DNA of 64,000 nt from NCBI RefSeq assembly GCF_013122565.1, contig NZ_CP053258.1. One strand, 5' to 3'. The stretch is from Escherichia coli. Lineage in GTDB: Bacteria; Pseudomonadota; Gammaproteobacteria; Enterobacterales; Enterobacteriaceae. The number at the start of each line of letters is the position of its first letter. The first letter of the stretch is position 1. The translations under genes were made by a program, and so were the position numbers. Below, one piece after another: positions 19,818 through 33,070 of the stretch. Below the pieces are notes generated by a model. It saw only the letters and a list, made by a program, of their open reading frames with translations. It made no database searches and was not told where the DNA came from.

Positions 19818-21203
19818 TTATTCCTCCAGTTTATGCGCTTTACCGTGGCGATTAAGCCCAAAAACTTTATAAATCGCCGTCACCGCCAGCATAAAGATGA
19901 TGCCGACAAACAGCGACATACGCGTATCTTCATTAAAGTACATGCCGATCAAAACACAAATCAGGAATGCCATTGTTACGTAGTTGGCCCACGGGAACAG
20001 GATTGAGCGGAACGGATGGCTGGCAATCGCCGCTTTATGTGCACGCCGAAAACGCAGCTGGCTTATCAATATCACAAACCATGGCACCATCCCCGGAAGC
20101 ACGCTGGCACTGTAGACGTAGACAAACACACGCTGCGGATTGGGAATGATGTAGTTCAGGCATGAGCCAATTAGCAGAATAGCAATAGATACTGCCACAC
20201 CCGCAACCGGTACGCCGTGACGGGAAACTTTCGCCATCGCCGCCGGTAACTGACGGTTTTTCGCCAGTGCGTAGAGCATACGTCCGCAACTGTACATGCC
20301 GCTGTTACAGCCAGAGAGCGCAGCCGTCAGCACCACAAAGTTGATAATACCCGCCGCTGCGGTAATGCCGATTTTGGCGAAAGTCAGTACGAACGGGCTG
20401 CCGTTGCTGCCTATTTCATTCCACGGGAAGATGGTGACGATAACGAAAATCGCGCCTACGTAAAAAATCAGGATCCGCCACAGCACCTTGCCTACGGCAC
20501 TGCGCAGCGTCACCTGCGGATTCTTCGCTTCACCGGCAGTAATGCCAATCAGCTCCACGCCCTGGTAGGACGCCACCACAATACACAGCGCGGTCAGGAA
20601 CCCTTTCCAGCCACCCGCAAAGAAACCGCCATGCTCTGTGAGATTGCTAAAACCAATCGACTGCCCGCCATTGCCAAAGCCAAAGAAAATCACGCCCAGG
20701 CCAATGACAATCATCACGATAATCGTGGTGACTTTGATCATCGCGAACCAGAACTCGATTTCGCCGTACAACCGCACCGCCGCCAGATTCGCCAACGCCA
20801 CCAGCGCCACTGCGATCAATGCGGGTATCCACTGCGCCATCTCCGGGAACCAGAACTGGACATAAACGCCAATGGCGGTGATTTCTGAGATCCCCACCGC
20901 CATCCACATAAACCAGTAAGACCAGGCGGTGAGATAGCTAAAAAACGGGCTCATATAACGATGCGCATAAACGGCGAACGAACCGGTAACCGGTTCGAGG
21001 AACAACATTTCGCCCATTGAACGCATGATGAAAAAGACGAACAGCCCGGCGATGATATAGGCCAACAATACGGATGGCCCGGCCCATTTCAGGGTACTGG
21101 CGGCCCCCATAAACAGGCCGACGCCAATGGTGCCCCCCAGGGCGATGAGTTCGATATGTCGAGCTTCCAGCCCACGCTGTAGCTCTGGTTTGTTATCTGC
21201 CAT
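19818..21203 (-). CDS. yifK: APC-family amino acid permease YifK (461 aa)
   Basis: 461 aa polytopic membrane protein with amino-acid permease N-terminal region [23 protein letters not shown]. Confidence 0.9.
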   Translation of the reverse strand: MADNKPELQRGLEARHIELIALGGTIGVGLFMGAASTLKWAGPSVLLAYIIAGLFVFFIMRSMGEMLFLEPVTGSFAVYAHRYMSPFFSYLTAWSYWFMWMAVGISEITAIGVYVQFWFPEMAQWIPALIAVALVALANLAAVRLYGEIEFWFAMIKVTTIIVMIVIGLGVIFFGFGNGGQSIGFSNLTEHGGFFAGGWKGFLTALCIVVASYQGVELIGITAGEAKNPQVTLRSAVGKVLWRILIFYVGAIFVIVTIFPWNEIGSNGSPFVLTFAKIGITAAAGIINFVVLTAALSGCNSGMYSCGRMLYALAKNRQLPAAMAKVSRHGVPVAGVAVSIAILLIGSCLNYIIPNPQRVFVYVYSASVLPGMVPWFVILISQLRFRRAHKAAIASHPFRSILFPWANYVTMAFLICVLIGMYFNEDTRMSLFVGIIFMLAVTAIYKVFGLNRHGKAHKLEE

Positions 21204-21351
21204 AAATCCTCGTGTTGTGTTTGCATGCTTTCCGGTGTTACCGGTTATCGTTATGGGTACATCGAGTGTTGCGAATGTTTTCGTAATTCAGGAGAAATGG
21301 CAAATAAAGCATTAAAAATTTGAATGCTTTGTGTAATAAAAAGACAGGCAG

Positions 21352-21376
21352 GCGACGAAGTGACCACTCCGTCGCT
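21352..21376 (-). terminator. Putative terminator downstream of wecG
   Basis: GCGACG...CGTCGC stem with internal palindrome AGTGACCACT; T-run on minus strand is about 10 nt away, so weak. Confidence 0.35.
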
Positions 21377-21393
21377 ATACAAAGAGAGGAAAA

Positions 21394-22134
21394 TCAGAGG
21401 TTGCCGGTGTAGTGCCAGCGTAAATAACGCAGCAAACGAAGCTGACGCTTAATGCGGCTCGGCTGCGAAAGCAGGCGGTAGAGCCACTCCAGCCCCAGCG
21501 TTTGCCAGATTTTCGGTGCACGTTTTACGTGACCGGTGAAAACATCATAAGTCCCGCCAACGCCCATATACAGCGCATCTGGATGCACCAGACGGCAGTC
21601 GCGCATGAAGATCTCCTGCTTTGGCGATCCCATCGCAACGGTGACGATTTGCGCTCCGCTGGCATGAATGCGTTCAAACAGCGCCTGACGCTGCTCGGGT
21701 TTAAAATAACCATCCTGACTGCCAACGATATTCACATTCCACTGGTTGCGCAGTTTAGCTTCAGTTTGCGCCAGCACTTCAGGTTTACCGCCCACAAGAA
21801 ATACCGGCGTCCCTTCTTTGCCTGCGCGCGCCATCAGCTCTTCCCAGAGATCAGCACCGGCAACGCGGGAAACCTGCGCCTGCGGGTACTTTTTACGTAC
21901 TGAACGTACAACGCTGATGCCATCCGCATATTTAAATTCGGCAGCGTTAATTAACTCCCTGACCTCGGCGTTATCTTCAATGGTCAGCATTTTTTCAGCA
22001 TTAATGGCAACCAGCGTTCCCTGCTTAAGCTGCCCGTCAGCGAACAGATAATCGAGGGCGTGCTGCATATCACGCCAACCGATCAACTGTAAGCCACGCA
22101 GCGTATAGGTCGGTGCCGTGGTGTTGTTATTCAT
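21394..22134 (-). CDS. wecG: UDP-N-acetyl-D-mannosaminuronic acid transferase WecG (246 aa)
   Basis: Last gene of wec cluster by position; 246 aa; size and order match. Confidence 0.88.
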
Positions 22135-22136
22135 TG

Positions 22137-23489
22137 TTATCCTTCAACCTGCGTCCGGAGCGATGATTTTGTACGTTTATGAATGAGTCCGGCGCTTTCA
22201 AAAAGCCAGTACAACAGTTTTGCGATCATCAGACATGCGCCGAAGACCACGATAAAAAAGACTACGCGTGAGACAAACGAATCCAGCCCTTCACGTGCCA
22301 GCACGATCATATTGAAGATCGCCCCGAAGCAGAAACTGTGCAATATCGCAGCCTTATAGCGATTAGTCTCGCGGTTGCCCAGCTCATACAGCCAGTCGAA
22401 CCATTTGATGATCAGTCCAACCACAATCGCCCCGAGTGGGATGAACAACGCGCCGCCCATAACAACCAGTGAGCCTATAAGCGTAGGCGAGATCGCCAGT
22501 CCGGAGTGGTTGTTCAGCACTTCCCAGGTAAAGTAGTTGGCGGAGTTCAGCACCATACTCGGGCGACCCGGCCACAGCCAGGAAGGGATAAAGACATAGA
22601 AATCGCGGACAATTGGCGCCAGGCCCTGGAAGTCGATGTTGTCGTAGTTCTGCAACAGCAACGCCAGATTCTCCCACGGCGAGAAGGTGTCGCGAGTGAG
22701 ATAGAGAAACGTATAGAACGCTTCATCGCCGCTCACATTCATTCCATAGCGTTTTAGCGCCAGCCAGAACATGCCCACAATCCCCAGCACGCCCGCCGCC
22801 GCCAGCATCCACAACGAAATCCAGCCGCGAATAATGCCAATAAACAGGAAGATAGCGAATGCGATGATGATATTGGCGCGAGTGCCGCCGACAATCATAT
22901 AAGTCAGCAAGCCAAAGGCGACCGTGCTGACGAGGAAAAACAGCCACGCTTTGCTGTCCTGGCGCAGAAAGTAGACCACCAGCATCGCCGGGATGAAAAA
23001 GTAAAAGAAGCGTTTTAACGCCACGCCGGAGACTTCACTGGAAAAGATCTGACTGTAGGAGTTAAGCCGGAACAGCAAAAAGCCGTTGTGCATGAAGAAG
23101 ATGCCGACGCTTACCAGCGCGATGCCCATCAGGATCACCCACGTAAGATTGGTCTCCACGCGGTTCATGGTAAACAGCGGACGGCGCGGTACATCAGCAA
23201 CGCGTTTGCGTAGGCGGGTTTTGTAGGTGACATAGTAAACCGCGTAGAAGCAGCCCGCAGAAAGCAACGCCTGCAACAAGATTTCTGGCGGCGCGACACC
23301 AACATCAAAGCGAAATACCAGCACGCTGGTCAGCGGGAAGCCGAAGAAAAAGGTGAGCAAAAACAGCAATGAAAAGAAGACATTGAAGTTAAAACGCACA
23401 CGGCGAAACTCAAACCAGGTCAGCGTGGCAATAAATAGCGTGCAGAGCAGCCAGACAACAAACAGGCCACTGAATTGCAGCAGACTCAT
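22137..23489 (-). CDS. wzyE: ECA polymerase WzyE (450 aa)
   Basis: Polytopic membrane protein, 450 aa, between wecF and wecG. Confidence 0.88.
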
Positions 23490-24565
23490 GCGACCTCCCC
23501 GGCGGCCATCGCCAACGCCCGCTGCCAGCCTTGTAGATAGTTAGGGCTAAAGAAGGCAATGGTGTTTTTATCCACCGACGCCAACTGGCGCTGCGCTTCA
23601 CGCACAATATCCTCGTTGAGATCGTCGGTAGTAAACAGCACTGGCACATGCTGTTCCGTCATATCCTGCCAGAACGGATTTTCCCGGTTAAGCACACAAG
23701 GAATGCCCGCCTGAATCAGTAAGCAAAGCGTACCAATGCCCTGCTGGCGGGCAAAAATAAAGTAACCAAGATCGCACTGACGAAGTAGCGCCAGATAGGC
23801 GTCAAATTCCAGTTTTTCGCTCAAAATTTGCAGATTTTCTTCGCTGAATAACTCCAGCCCCGCCTGACGAACTTCCTCAATGTACGCTTCGTTATTAGGC
23901 GGATATCCCATCGGCACCACCACTTTTACCGTATCGCCAAATTGCTGATGAACGGCGCGCAAGGCAGCAATATGCTCATTGCTGCGGTCGCCGGAGTTCC
24001 CCACCAGAATGGTCATTTTCCCTTCACGTTGCCGATCATTCGTCATCGTATTGAGTGAAGGGTCCATCCGCGTCGGGAAGTACAGCAGTTCGCCCCGCAC
24101 CTTTGGATGCGTTTTGGCAAAAAAGCTCAAATCACCGCGGGTGGCAAATACACAGCCGACTCGCTTTTGCGCCAGGCGACGTAGCGGGTAAAAAAGCTTA
24201 TATCTCAAGCCACTGGAAAGCTCATACAGGTCTGCCCCCCAGATATGCCAGAAAAACTGGCGGGACTTAATGCCACCACTCAGCAGAGCCAGCCACAGTG
24301 TGGGATTGAACTGACCGTGGAAGAAAAAACGCTGCTGACGGTTAGCTTTTGCTTTCGCGATGACCGCTTCCGCCAGCGATTTTTTCCCAGGGAAAAATTG
24401 CACAGAAAGCGCCGGACAGCTATCACTTAAGCCGTCGTCCTTGCCAACAACCATAAACTCGCGCGCGTCCTCGCTCGCCGCGGCCAGCGCGTCATTGAAA
24501 AACCGCAAAACGGTTCGGTTATGGTGAGGGATATCCGATCCCAGTACGTGAATCAGTACAGTCAT
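23486..24565 (-). CDS. wecF: TDP-Fuc4NAc:lipid II 4-alpha-L-fucosyltransferase WecF (359 aa)
   Basis: 359 aa; overlaps wzyE start and wzxE stop by 4 bp; position in cluster. Confidence 0.88.
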
Positions 24566-25812
24566 GCCCGCCTACGCCAGAGTAAAAACACGCCACAACA
24601 AAGAGAAAAATAGACGATATAGGTTGCCATATAGGCCTGCGCCGCGCCCAGTGCACCATGCGCAGGGATTAGCCAGTGGGCAAATACCATCAATAAAGTG
24701 AACTGGCTGACTTCCGCCAGAATATAAAACCGCAATGAAGCTTTGGCGATCACCAGATAACCAAAGACATAAGCGCCCACTTTTAACACATCACCCACTA
24801 ACTGCCAGGCAAAGAGATCACGCATAGCGGTAAATTTATTCGACAACAGCAGCCAGATAGCAAAATCACGCAGCAACCAGACGGTAAAACTCGCTGCCGC
24901 TACTGCCGGTAAGACGAATTTCAGCGATTTAACCACTTCCCGGGTGATATCGCGCTTTTCCGTTAGCCGCGACAACGTGGGCAGCAAATATACGCTGAAC
25001 GATGCCGTAATAAATTGCAGGTAGGCATCGGAAATACTGCTCACCCCTTGCCAGATCCCCACCTCATCCCAGCTATACTGCGCCGCCAGCAGTTTACGCA
25101 TCATGATGTAAGCAACAGGCAAGGTCACCGACGTAATCAACGCCATGAGCGTAAATTTGCTCAACTGCCCTGCCAGACCGTTATCCCAGCTGGGTTTCAG
25201 ATAGCTTAACGGGATGACACCACGTTTGATCAACATGATGGCGGCAGGAATTACCACCAGCGCGGGAATCAGCGCCAGACCCAGCAACGCCCCTTCATAA
25301 CCGCCCAAACGGTAACTGACGTAGTACGCGAGAACGCCAATCAAGCTGCCGACAATCAGCGATAACGCATTACCTGCGGCATCGCGAAAGCCTTTCATCA
25401 GCGCCAGTAACAGGTTGCCCCAGGCGATCCCCATTTGCACCAGCGCCACTAAACGCACCAGCCCCTGATAGTCGGTATTACCAAACAATCCCTGGCTGAT
25501 TGGCGCAGCTGCCAGCACAAAAACCAGCGCCATCAGCGTAGAGAAACCAAGTACCATCGCTGATGAAGTGCCGACCACGCGGCGCAACTGTTGCGGATTA
25601 TCATGGTACTGGGCAACGTATTTGGTTACGCCGTTAAAGATGCCAGCCCCGGCAAGCACGCCGAGCACGGTAATCAACTGGCGGAAATTTGCCGCCAGCC
25701 CAAGCCCCGCCGGACCAAATGACACCGCCAGCAACTTACCGACCAGTAACCCGGCACCAATCTTGACCAGTGTACTGGCCGCCGTCCACAAGGACGCTTT
25801 CGCCAACGACAT
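24562..25812 (-). CDS. wzxE: ECA lipid III flippase WzxE (416 aa)
   Basis: 416 aa polytopic membrane protein of polysaccharide transporter type. Confidence 0.88.
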   Translation of the reverse strand: MSLAKASLWTAASTLVKIGAGLLVGKLLAVSFGPAGLGLAANFRQLITVLGVLAGAGIFNGVTKYVAQYHDNPQQLRRVVGTSSAMVLGFSTLMALVFVLAAAPISQGLFGNTDYQGLVRLVALVQMGIAWGNLLLALMKGFRDAAGNALSLIVGSLIGVLAYYVSYRLGGYEGALLGLALIPALVVIPAAIMLIKRGVIPLSYLKPSWDNGLAGQLSKFTLMALITSVTLPVAYIMMRKLLAAQYSWDEVGIWQGVSSISDAYLQFITASFSVYLLPTLSRLTEKRDITREVVKSLKFVLPAVAAASFTVWLLRDFAIWLLLSNKFTAMRDLFAWQLVGDVLKVGAYVFGYLVIAKASLRFYILAEVSQFTLLMVFAHWLIPAHGALGAAQAYMATYIVYFSLCCGVFLLWRRRA

Positions 25813-25813
25813 A

Positions 25814-26944
25814 TCAGGAGAAGTAGTTCAACAAAGTCGCAATTACCGTACGCTGATTGACGGGCGACAGGTTGTAGAACAGCGGCAGGCGCAGCAGGCG
25901 CTCGCTCTCTTTGGTGGTGTAGCGATCTTCACCGTGGAACTCACCAAAGCGTTCCCCCGCAGGGCAACCGTGCAAAGGAATGTAATGGAACACCGCCATG
26001 ATTTCCGCTTCTTTCAGAAAGTTAATCAACGCGCTCCGGTCATCAATATCCCGCAGTTTAATGTAGAACATATGCGCGTTCTGTACGCAGCCATCGGGAA
26101 TCGACGGCAGCTCGATACGCCCTGCTTTCGCCAGAGGCGCTAACGCATCGTAGTAGTTTTGCCACAGCGCCAGACGTTGCTGGTTGATACGATCCGCTGC
26201 CTCCAGTTGCGCCCACAGGTACGCAGCTTGCAGATCGGACATCAAATAGCTGGAGCCGATATCGCGCCAGGTATATTTATCGACCTGACCACGGAAGAAC
26301 TGGCTGCGGTTTGTGCCTTTTTCACGGATGATCTCGGCTCGTTCGATCAACGCTTTATCGTTAATCAGCGTCGCACCGCCTTCACCACCCGCCGTGTAGT
26401 TTTTGGTTTCATGGAAGCTAAAGCAGCCAATATGACCAATGGTTCCCAGTGCACGCCCTTTGTAAGTGGACATCACGCCCTGAGCGGCATCTTCTACCAC
26501 AAACAGATTATGCTTTTTCGCCAACGCCATAATGGTGTCCATTTCGCAGGCCACACCCGCGTAATGGACCGGCACGATAACGCGCGTTTTGTCGGTGATC
26601 GCCGCTTCAATCAGCGTTTCGTCGATGTTCATGGTGTCCGGGCGAACATCCACAAAGACGATTTTCGCGCCACGCAGCACAAAGGCATTGGCGGTGGAGA
26701 CAAAGGTGTAGCTCGGCATGATCACTTCATCGCCAGGCTGGATATCGAGCAGCAGCGCCGCCATCTCCAGCGAAGCGGTGCAGGACGGCGTCAGTAACAC
26801 TTTGGCGCTGCCAAAACGTTGCTCCAGCCACTGCTGGCAACGACGGGTAAAACCGCCATCGCCACACAGTTTGCCGCTACCCATTGCCGACTGCATATAG
26901 TCGAGTTCGGTTCCCACCACCGGCGGTGCGTTAAATGGAATCAT
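25814..26944 (-). CDS. wecE: dTDP-4-amino-4,6-dideoxygalactose transaminase WecE (376 aa)
   Basis: DegT/aminotransferase features; 376 aa; cluster position. Confidence 0.9.
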   Translation of the reverse strand: MIPFNAPPVVGTELDYMQSAMGSGKLCGDGGFTRRCQQWLEQRFGSAKVLLTPSCTASLEMAALLLDIQPGDEVIMPSYTFVSTANAFVLRGAKIVFVDVRPDTMNIDETLIEAAITDKTRVIVPVHYAGVACEMDTIMALAKKHNLFVVEDAAQGVMSTYKGRALGTIGHIGCFSFHETKNYTAGGEGGATLINDKALIERAEIIREKGTNRSQFFRGQVDKYTWRDIGSSYLMSDLQAAYLWAQLEAADRINQQRLALWQNYYDALAPLAKAGRIELPSIPDGCVQNAHMFYIKLRDIDDRSALINFLKEAEIMAVFHYIPLHGCPAGERFGEFHGEDRYTTKESERLLRLPLFYNLSPVNQRTVIATLLNYFS

Positions 26945-26948
26945 GTGA

Positions 26949-27623
26949 TCACCTGTATAACCAGTACGCGGTGCTTTCTACATTCGCACCACTTTGTATG
27001 TATCGTTTAAGCGCGGCGGTGTTACCCATTTGGGTCGCCACCCGCAAAGTTGTTTTACCGCGAGCATACGCCCAGTTTAGCGCCGTTTGCATCAGCTCAG
27101 CACCTGCACCGCGTCCAGCCAGCAGGCCAATTCGCGCATCTGTCGCATTGAGTTCCCGTAAAGAGACATAGCCGCGAATATCGCCGGACGCCGCACGTAA
27201 AATCAGACATTGATGATCAAAGGTGCCGCGCACGGCATTTTCAATCCACTGTGCATAAAAGCGTCCGCTGGCGTCAGGCGCATACCACGGCGCACGAAAA
27301 CGGCTTTGCGCAAATGCTGCGCTGGCTAACTGACGTAATGCGGGAATATCGGTCTCTTGTGCCACTACAGCACCACTATCACTGACATTGTTCACGGGTA
27401 GCGCCAAATCAACTTCACCTTCGACCAGGGAGAATCCCAGCTGTTGCAGGGCATCCAGTTCACCCGTATTTGATGCCGCAATTTTCGCCTGCACCCGTGA
27501 CCACGGCGCTAACGCGTCTGACGTCAGGAGCGGTGCTTCAGGCGTGATGCGCACGATGGCGCTGTTAACACCAAAGAAGGCGTTTTCCCAGGTTAGTGGC
27601 TCAATACTGGCGCGGACGGGCAC
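26949..27623 (-). CDS. wecD: dTDP-fucosamine acetyltransferase WecD (224 aa)
   Basis: GNAT-like acetyltransferase ORF overlapping rffH stop by 23 bp. Confidence 0.85.
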   Translation of the reverse strand: MPVRASIEPLTWENAFFGVNSAIVRITPEAPLLTSDALAPWSRVQAKIAASNTGELDALQQLGFSLVEGEVDLALPVNNVSDSGAVVAQETDIPALRQLASAAFAQSRFRAPWYAPDASGRFYAQWIENAVRGTFDHQCLILRAASGDIRGYVSLRELNATDARIGLLAGRGAGAELMQTALNWAYARGKTTLRVATQMGNTAALKRYIQSGANVESTAYWLYR

Positions 27624-28482
27624 GAAGTAACTCCAGCAGATATTGGCCGTAGCCAGTTTTCGCTAATGAACTGGCAGCACGCTTCACACCCTCGTCATCG
27701 AGCCAGCCGTTACGCCAGGCGATCTCTTCCAGGCAGGCAATCTTAAAGCCCTGGCGTTTTTCCACCGTCTGTACAAAGGTGCTGGCTTCAATCAGGCTGT
27801 CGTGAGTGCCAGTGTCCAGCCAGGCAAATCCGCGCCCGAGCAGTTCAACGGTCAGGTTGCCCGCCTCGAGGTACATCTGGTTGATGGAGGTAATCTCCAG
27901 TTCACCACGCTCCGACGGCTTCACCTGCTTTGCGTACTCCACGACTTTACTGTCGTAGAAATAAAGCCCGGTCACCGCCCAGTTTGACTTCGGCTGTTTT
28001 GGCTTTTCTTCCAGCGAGATAGCGCGGAAATTGTCGTCAAACTCCACCACGCCAAAGCGTTCCGGGTCCATCACCTGATAGCCAAAAACCGTCGCCCCTT
28101 CCGTACGCGCCGCAACATGACGCAGCTTCGGACTGAAGCCCTGACCGAAGAAGATGTTATCGCCCAGCACCAGACAAGAAGGTTCACCATTAAGGAAGGT
28201 TTCACCGATGATAAAGGCCTGCGCCAGACCGTCCGGGCTGGGCTGTTCGGCATATTCCAGCTGGATACCGAACTCACTACCATCGCCCAGCAGGCGCTGG
28301 AAATAACCTTTATCTTCCGGCGTAGTGATGATGAGAATTTCGCGGATACCGGCCAGCATCAGCACCGACAGCGGATAGTAAATCATTGGCTTATCGTAAA
28401 TCGGCAACAGTTGCTTCGATACGCCGCGCGTAATCGGATGCAATCGGGTGCCGGAACCGCCCGCCAGGATAATACCTTTCAT
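27601..28482 (-). CDS. rffH: Glucose-1-phosphate thymidylyltransferase RffH (293 aa)
   Basis: [39 protein letters not shown] nucleotidyltransferase N-terminus. Confidence 0.93.
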   Translation of the reverse strand: MKGIILAGGSGTRLHPITRGVSKQLLPIYDKPMIYYPLSVLMLAGIREILIITTPEDKGYFQRLLGDGSEFGIQLEYAEQPSPDGLAQAFIIGETFLNGEPSCLVLGDNIFFGQGFSPKLRHVAARTEGATVFGYQVMDPERFGVVEFDDNFRAISLEEKPKQPKSNWAVTGLYFYDSKVVEYAKQVKPSERGELEITSINQMYLEAGNLTVELLGRGFAWLDTGTHDSLIEASTFVQTVEKRQGFKIACLEEIAWRNGWLDDEGVKRAASSLAKTGYGQYLLELLRARPRQY

Positions 28483-28500
28483 GTTTGCCTCCGATGAAAA

Positions 28501-29568
28501 TTAGCCTTTCAGACCTAAACGCTCGCCCTGATAGCTGCCGTCCTGCACCTGCTTCCACCAGCTTTCATTAGCCAGATACCACTGAACCGTTTTACGCATT
28601 CCACTTTCAAAGGTTTCCTGCGGCAGCCAGCCAAGTTCACGGGCAATTTTCGAAGCATCAATGGCATAACGCAGATCATGCCCCGGACGGTCAGCGACAA
28701 AGGTGATCAGGTCACGATAGTGCGCCACGCCGTGCGGCTTGTTCGGAGCCAGTTCTTCCAGCAGCTCGCAAATGGTTTCCACAACATCGAGATTCTTACG
28801 CTCGTTGTGACCACCAATATTATAGGTTTCACCGACTTTCCCGGTGGTCGCCACGCAATACAGCGCGCGGGCGTGATCTTCCACATACAGCCAGTCACGG
28901 ATTTGCTGCCCGTTGCCATATACCGGCAGCGGTTTACCCGCCAGCGCGTTGAGGATCATCAGCGGGATCAGTTTTTCCGGAAAGTGGTAAGGGCCGTAGT
29001 TATTCGAGCAGTTGGTGATAAGCGTCGGCAGACCATAGGTCCGCAGCCAGGCGCGCACCAGATGGTCGCTGCTGGCTTTTGACGCGGAATAAGGGCTGCT
29101 CGGCGCATACGGCGTGGTTTCGGTGAAGAAATCATCCGTCGAGTGCAGGTCACCATATACTTCGTCAGTGGAGATATGATGAAAACGGAACGCTGATTTT
29201 TTATCTTCCGTTAGCGCATTCCAGTAAGCCCGCGCCGCTTCAAGCAATGTATAAGTCCCGACAATGTTGGTTTCAATAAACGCTGCCGGGCCGTCAATAG
29301 AACGGTCAACATGGCTTTCGGCTGCCAGATGCATGACACAGTCTGGCTGATGCTCAGTGAATACGCGCGCCAGTTCTGCCCGATCGCAGATATCAACTTT
29401 CTCAAAGGCAAAGCGCTCGCTTTGCGCGACCGGTGCCAGCGACATCAGGTTTCCGGCGTAGGTCAGCTTATCGACCACTACCACCGCATCGCTCGTTTCG
29501 TTGATGATATAACGCACCAGCGCCGAGCCAATAAACCCGGCACCGCCTGTTATCAGAATCTTTCTCAT
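28501..29568 (-). CDS. rffG: dTDP-glucose 4,6-dehydratase RffG (355 aa)
   Basis: [22 protein letters not shown]ossmann N-terminus, short-chain dehydratase. Confidence 0.93.
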   Translation of the reverse strand: MRKILITGGAGFIGSALVRYIINETSDAVVVVDKLTYAGNLMSLAPVAQSERFAFEKVDICDRAELARVFTEHQPDCVMHLAAESHVDRSIDGPAAFIETNIVGTYTLLEAARAYWNALTEDKKSAFRFHHISTDEVYGDLHSTDDFFTETTPYAPSSPYSASKASSDHLVRAWLRTYGLPTLITNCSNNYGPYHFPEKLIPLMILNALAGKPLPVYGNGQQIRDWLYVEDHARALYCVATTGKVGETYNIGGHNERKNLDVVETICELLEELAPNKPHGVAHYRDLITFVADRPGHDLRYAIDASKIARELGWLPQETFESGMRKTVQWYLANESWWKQVQDGSYQGERLGLKG

Positions 29569-30830
29569 CAGCGCCAGACTCCTTTGGCATCGACGACATA
29601 TTGCTGACGAACGTTGTCGCCGCTGATGGCTTTGAACTGGATATGATCGACCAGCATCACCAGCACATCTGCCGTTGCCAGCGCCTCGTCAAGCTGCGCC
29701 AGAGTACAAAGCCCGGTCAGTTTTTTCGGCAACTGGTGGATGTTAGGCTCAACAACCAGCGTTTCGCCGCTATGCCACTGGGCGATCAGTTCAGCGATTT
29801 CCATCGCCGGGCTTTCGCGCAGGTCATCAATATTCGGTTTAAACGCCAGACCAAAGCAGGCGATTTTCAGTTCACTGGCGCGTTTATCGGTAGCAGCAAG
29901 GCAGTCGGCAACCGCCGCTTTCACCTGATCGATAACCCAGAACGGTTTGTGATCGTTCACTTCGCGCGCAGTACGGATAAGCCGCGCCTGCTGGGGGTTC
30001 TGTGCCACGATAAACCACGGATCAACAGCAATGCAGTGACCGCCCACGCCAGGGCCTGGCTGAAGAATATTAACGCGAGGGTGACGATTCGCCAGGCGAA
30101 TCAGCTCCCAGACGTTAATCCCCTGATCGGCACAAATCAGCGACAGTTCGTTAGCAAAAGCGATATTCACATCGCGGAAACTGTTTTCGGTGAGCTTACA
30201 CATTTCCGCCGTCCGCGAGTTAGTGACGACACACTCACCTTCGAGGAAAATTTTGTACAGTTCGCTGGCGCGGGCCGAACAAACCGGCGTCATACCACCA
30301 ATCACGCGATCGTTTTTAATCAGCTCAACCATAACCTGGCCCGGTAACACGCGTTCCGGGCAGTAAGCAATGTTGACGTCCGCCAACTCGCCCACCTGCT
30401 GTGGGAAAGTGAGATCTGGACGCATCTCTGCTAACCATTCTGCCATCTTCTCGGTTGACCCCACCGGCGAGGTGGATTCAAGGATCAACAGCGCGCCTTT
30501 TTTCAGCACAGGCGCAATGGAGCGAGCAGCCGATTCAACGTAGGTCATATCTGGCTCATGATCGCCTTTAAACGGCGTGGGTACAGCAATCAGCCAGGCA
30601 TCCGCTTCAACCGGCGTCGTGCTCGCTCGTAAAAAACCGCCTTCTACGGCAGTTTTTACTACGCTCGCCAAATCAGGTTCGACGATATGAATTTCGCCAC
30701 GATTGATGGTATCAACCGCGTGTTTGTTGATATCGACACCAATCACCTGTTTTTGCCGTGAGGCAAACGCTGCCGCCGTTGGCAGCCCGATATAACCCAG
30801 TCCGATAACAGAAATGGTCGCAAAACTCAT
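29568..30830 (-). CDS. wecC: UDP-N-acetyl-D-mannosamine dehydrogenase WecC (420 aa)
   Basis: [26 protein letters not shown]-binding N-terminus; 420 aa. Confidence 0.92.
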   Translation of the reverse strand: MSFATISVIGLGYIGLPTAAAFASRQKQVIGVDINKHAVDTINRGEIHIVEPDLASVVKTAVEGGFLRASTTPVEADAWLIAVPTPFKGDHEPDMTYVESAARSIAPVLKKGALLILESTSPVGSTEKMAEWLAEMRPDLTFPQQVGELADVNIAYCPERVLPGQVMVELIKNDRVIGGMTPVCSARASELYKIFLEGECVVTNSRTAEMCKLTENSFRDVNIAFANELSLICADQGINVWELIRLANRHPRVNILQPGPGVGGHCIAVDPWFIVAQNPQQARLIRTAREVNDHKPFWVIDQVKAAVADCLAATDKRASELKIACFGLAFKPNIDDLRESPAMEIAELIAQWHSGETLVVEPNIHQLPKKLTGLCTLAQLDEALATADVLVMLVDHIQFKAISGDNVRQQYVVDAKGVWR

Positions 30831-31957
30831 AGTGATATCCGATTATTTTTTAACGCTTCCAGAATGCGAGAGCATGCCTGACCATCACCATACGGGTTAT
30901 GGGCGCGGCTCATAGCTTGATATTCGTTTTCGTCTTTTAAAAGACGCGTCACTTCCTCGACAATTCGCTGCTTATCCGTGCCTACCAGACGCACCGTACC
31001 CGCCGTCACCGCTTCCGGACGCTCAGTGGTATCGCGCATCACCAGCACCGGTTTCCCCAGCGAAGGCGCTTCTTCCTGAATGCCGCCTGAGTCGGTCAAA
31101 ATCAGCCAGGCGTGGTTCATCAGCCAGACAAACGGTAAATACTCCTGAGGATCGATCAGAATGACATTTTTCACATGCCCCAGAATGCGATTGACCGGCT
31201 CTCTGACGTTCGGGTTGAGATGCACCGGATAGACAATCTGGATGTCCTGGTGCGTGGTGGCGATGTCTGCCAGCGCATGGCAGATTTCTTCAAAGCCACG
31301 ACCGAAGCTCTCACGCCTGTGACCGGTCACCAGAATCATCTTTTTATCGGGGTCGATAAACGGGTAATTTGCCGCCAGTTCTGAACGCAGCGTATCGCTG
31401 CTCATCACCTGGTCACGCACCCATAACAGTGCATCAATGACTGTATTACCGGTAATGAAGATTCGGCTATCCGCAACGTTTTCACGCAGCAAGTTTTGCC
31501 GGGAAGTTTCGGTTGGAGAGAAGTGATACATCGCCAGATGCCCGGTCAATGTACGGTTAGCCTCTTCCGGCCACGGCGAATAGAGATCGCCCGTGCGTAA
31601 ACCAGCCTCAACGTGACCAACAGGAATACGCTGATAAAACGCCGCCAGGCTGGTTGCCAGCGTCGTCGTCGTATCACCGTGAACCAGCACGACGTCTGGT
31701 TTGAACTCGGCAAGAATAGGTTTTAGCCCTTCCAGAATCCGACAGGTTATCTCTGTCAGGCCCTGTCCTGGCTGCATTATGTTGAGATCGTAGTCAGGTA
31801 CAATGGAAAAGAGTTTCAGCACCTGATCGAGCATCTCCCGATGCTGCGCAGTGACGCAAACTTTAGCCTCAAAAAAAGGATCTTTTGCCAACGCATGCAC
31901 CAACGGCGCCATCTTGATGGCTTCCGGGCGCGTACCAAATACAGTCAGTACTTTCAC
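30827..31957 (-). CDS. wecB: UDP-N-acetylglucosamine 2-epimerase WecB (376 aa, GTG start)
   Basis: (M)[25 protein letters not shown] start at 31955-31957 chosen over upstream track start. Confidence 0.9.
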   Translation of the reverse strand: MKVLTVFGTRPEAIKMAPLVHALAKDPFFEAKVCVTAQHREMLDQVLKLFSIVPDYDLNIMQPGQGLTEITCRILEGLKPILAEFKPDVVLVHGDTTTTLATSLAAFYQRIPVGHVEAGLRTGDLYSPWPEEANRTLTGHLAMYHFSPTETSRQNLLRENVADSRIFITGNTVIDALLWVRDQVMSSDTLRSELAANYPFIDPDKKMILVTGHRRESFGRGFEEICHALADIATTHQDIQIVYPVHLNPNVREPVNRILGHVKNVILIDPQEYLPFVWLMNHAWLILTDSGGIQEEAPSLGKPVLVMRDTTERPEAVTAGTVRLVGTDKQRIVEEVTRLLKDENEYQAMSRAHNPYGDGQACSRILEALKNNRISL

Positions 31958-32012
31958 ATCGATTCTCTTCGAATAAGCGGCGAGCGCCTTTGCGCTCACC
32001 GCAGCAGTGTTG

Positions 32013-33062
32013 CTATTTCGAGCAACGGCGGGTTAATGCGACACCAGCCCCGATCAGCCCCCCGACAATGCCCCACATAATCATCAGGAAGGCACGACGT
32101 GGGCTATCGCGTTTTACCGGTTCTTCCGGCGTACGCAAATAGCGATAGGTCTGAAAACGCGGATCCAGGGTTGGACCAACATTCAGGGTGTTTAACATGG
32201 CCCGATTCTGATCATAGTCGAGATCAAAGGCCGGACCGACGGCCTGTAAATTTTCCAGTCGAGCCTGGAGCATTGGACGCCCAAGCAGGAACATTTCTGA
32301 ATCAGGTAATTCCTCGGCAGGCACATCTGTCGCACTGCGCGAAATATTATGCTGCTCAGCAATTTTCAGCGCCTGCTCAATGCTGTTCATCCGGCGGTCG
32401 TAGATGGCTTTCGCCACCTCTTCCTGACGCTTCACCTGAGCTTTCATCTGGATGGTGCGTGCCGCCCATGCGCCTTTCAGCTCATCATTCAGATGGCTGG
32501 CTGCACGCTGGCTGGCAAAAGCAACATACTGACGTAACAGGTTATTAGCGTCAGGCGCGGTTTCGGCAATAAGCTTCACGCTGTCATTGACCGCGCGGGT
32601 AAAGTCTCCGGGGATAAACTGGATGTTGTTAATCATTTCATCCAGCAACGCCGCATCGGCTTTGCTGTTGCCCACCATCCGCTGCTTGTAATAGTCGGTT
32701 TGCAGCCAGAACTCTCTGCGGGTATCCCACGAGGCCAGTTGCATAACAAACTCTTTATAGGCTTCGTCCATGACCGATGGTTGGTCGGCAGAAGCCATGT
32801 TTGAACGGACATCCAGGTTACGCAAAAATTGCTGCTGCGAGTAATATCCCCCCAGCATATTCACCGTTGGACGATCGGTAATCGCCGTCGAGCTCCACTC
32901 CTGACGAGCAAAAAAAGTATACGCCAGCGCGATTAACGCAAACGCCAGCCCCATGCCAATAATCCATAGCTTCCCAGCCCACAAGGTACGAAACAACCCA
33001 CGAATATCCAGTTCATTTTCAGCGTCTTCGGCCGGTTTCCCAGGCATTGGTTGTGTCATCAC
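32013..33062 (-). CDS. wzzE: ECA chain-length regulator WzzE (349 aa)
   Basis: N- and C-terminal TM helices flanking a periplasmic coiled-coil domain. Confidence 0.9.
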   Translation of the reverse strand: MMTQPMPGKPAEDAENELDIRGLFRTLWAGKLWIIGMGLAFALIALAYTFFARQEWSSTAITDRPTVNMLGGYYSQQQFLRNLDVRSNMASADQPSVMDEAYKEFVMQLASWDTRREFWLQTDYYKQRMVGNSKADAALLDEMINNIQFIPGDFTRAVNDSVKLIAETAPDANNLLRQYVAFASQRAASHLNDELKGAWAARTIQMKAQVKRQEEVAKAIYDRRMNSIEQALKIAEQHNISRSATDVPAEELPDSEMFLLGRPMLQARLENLQAVGPAFDLDYDQNRAMLNTLNVGPTLDPRFQTYRYLRTPEEPVKRDSPRRAFLMIMWGIVGGLIGAGVALTRRCSK

Positions 33063-33070
33063 ATCCTCAT

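Noticed and set aside
29601-30347. 248-aa plus-strand ORF
   Set aside because: Antisense within wecC.
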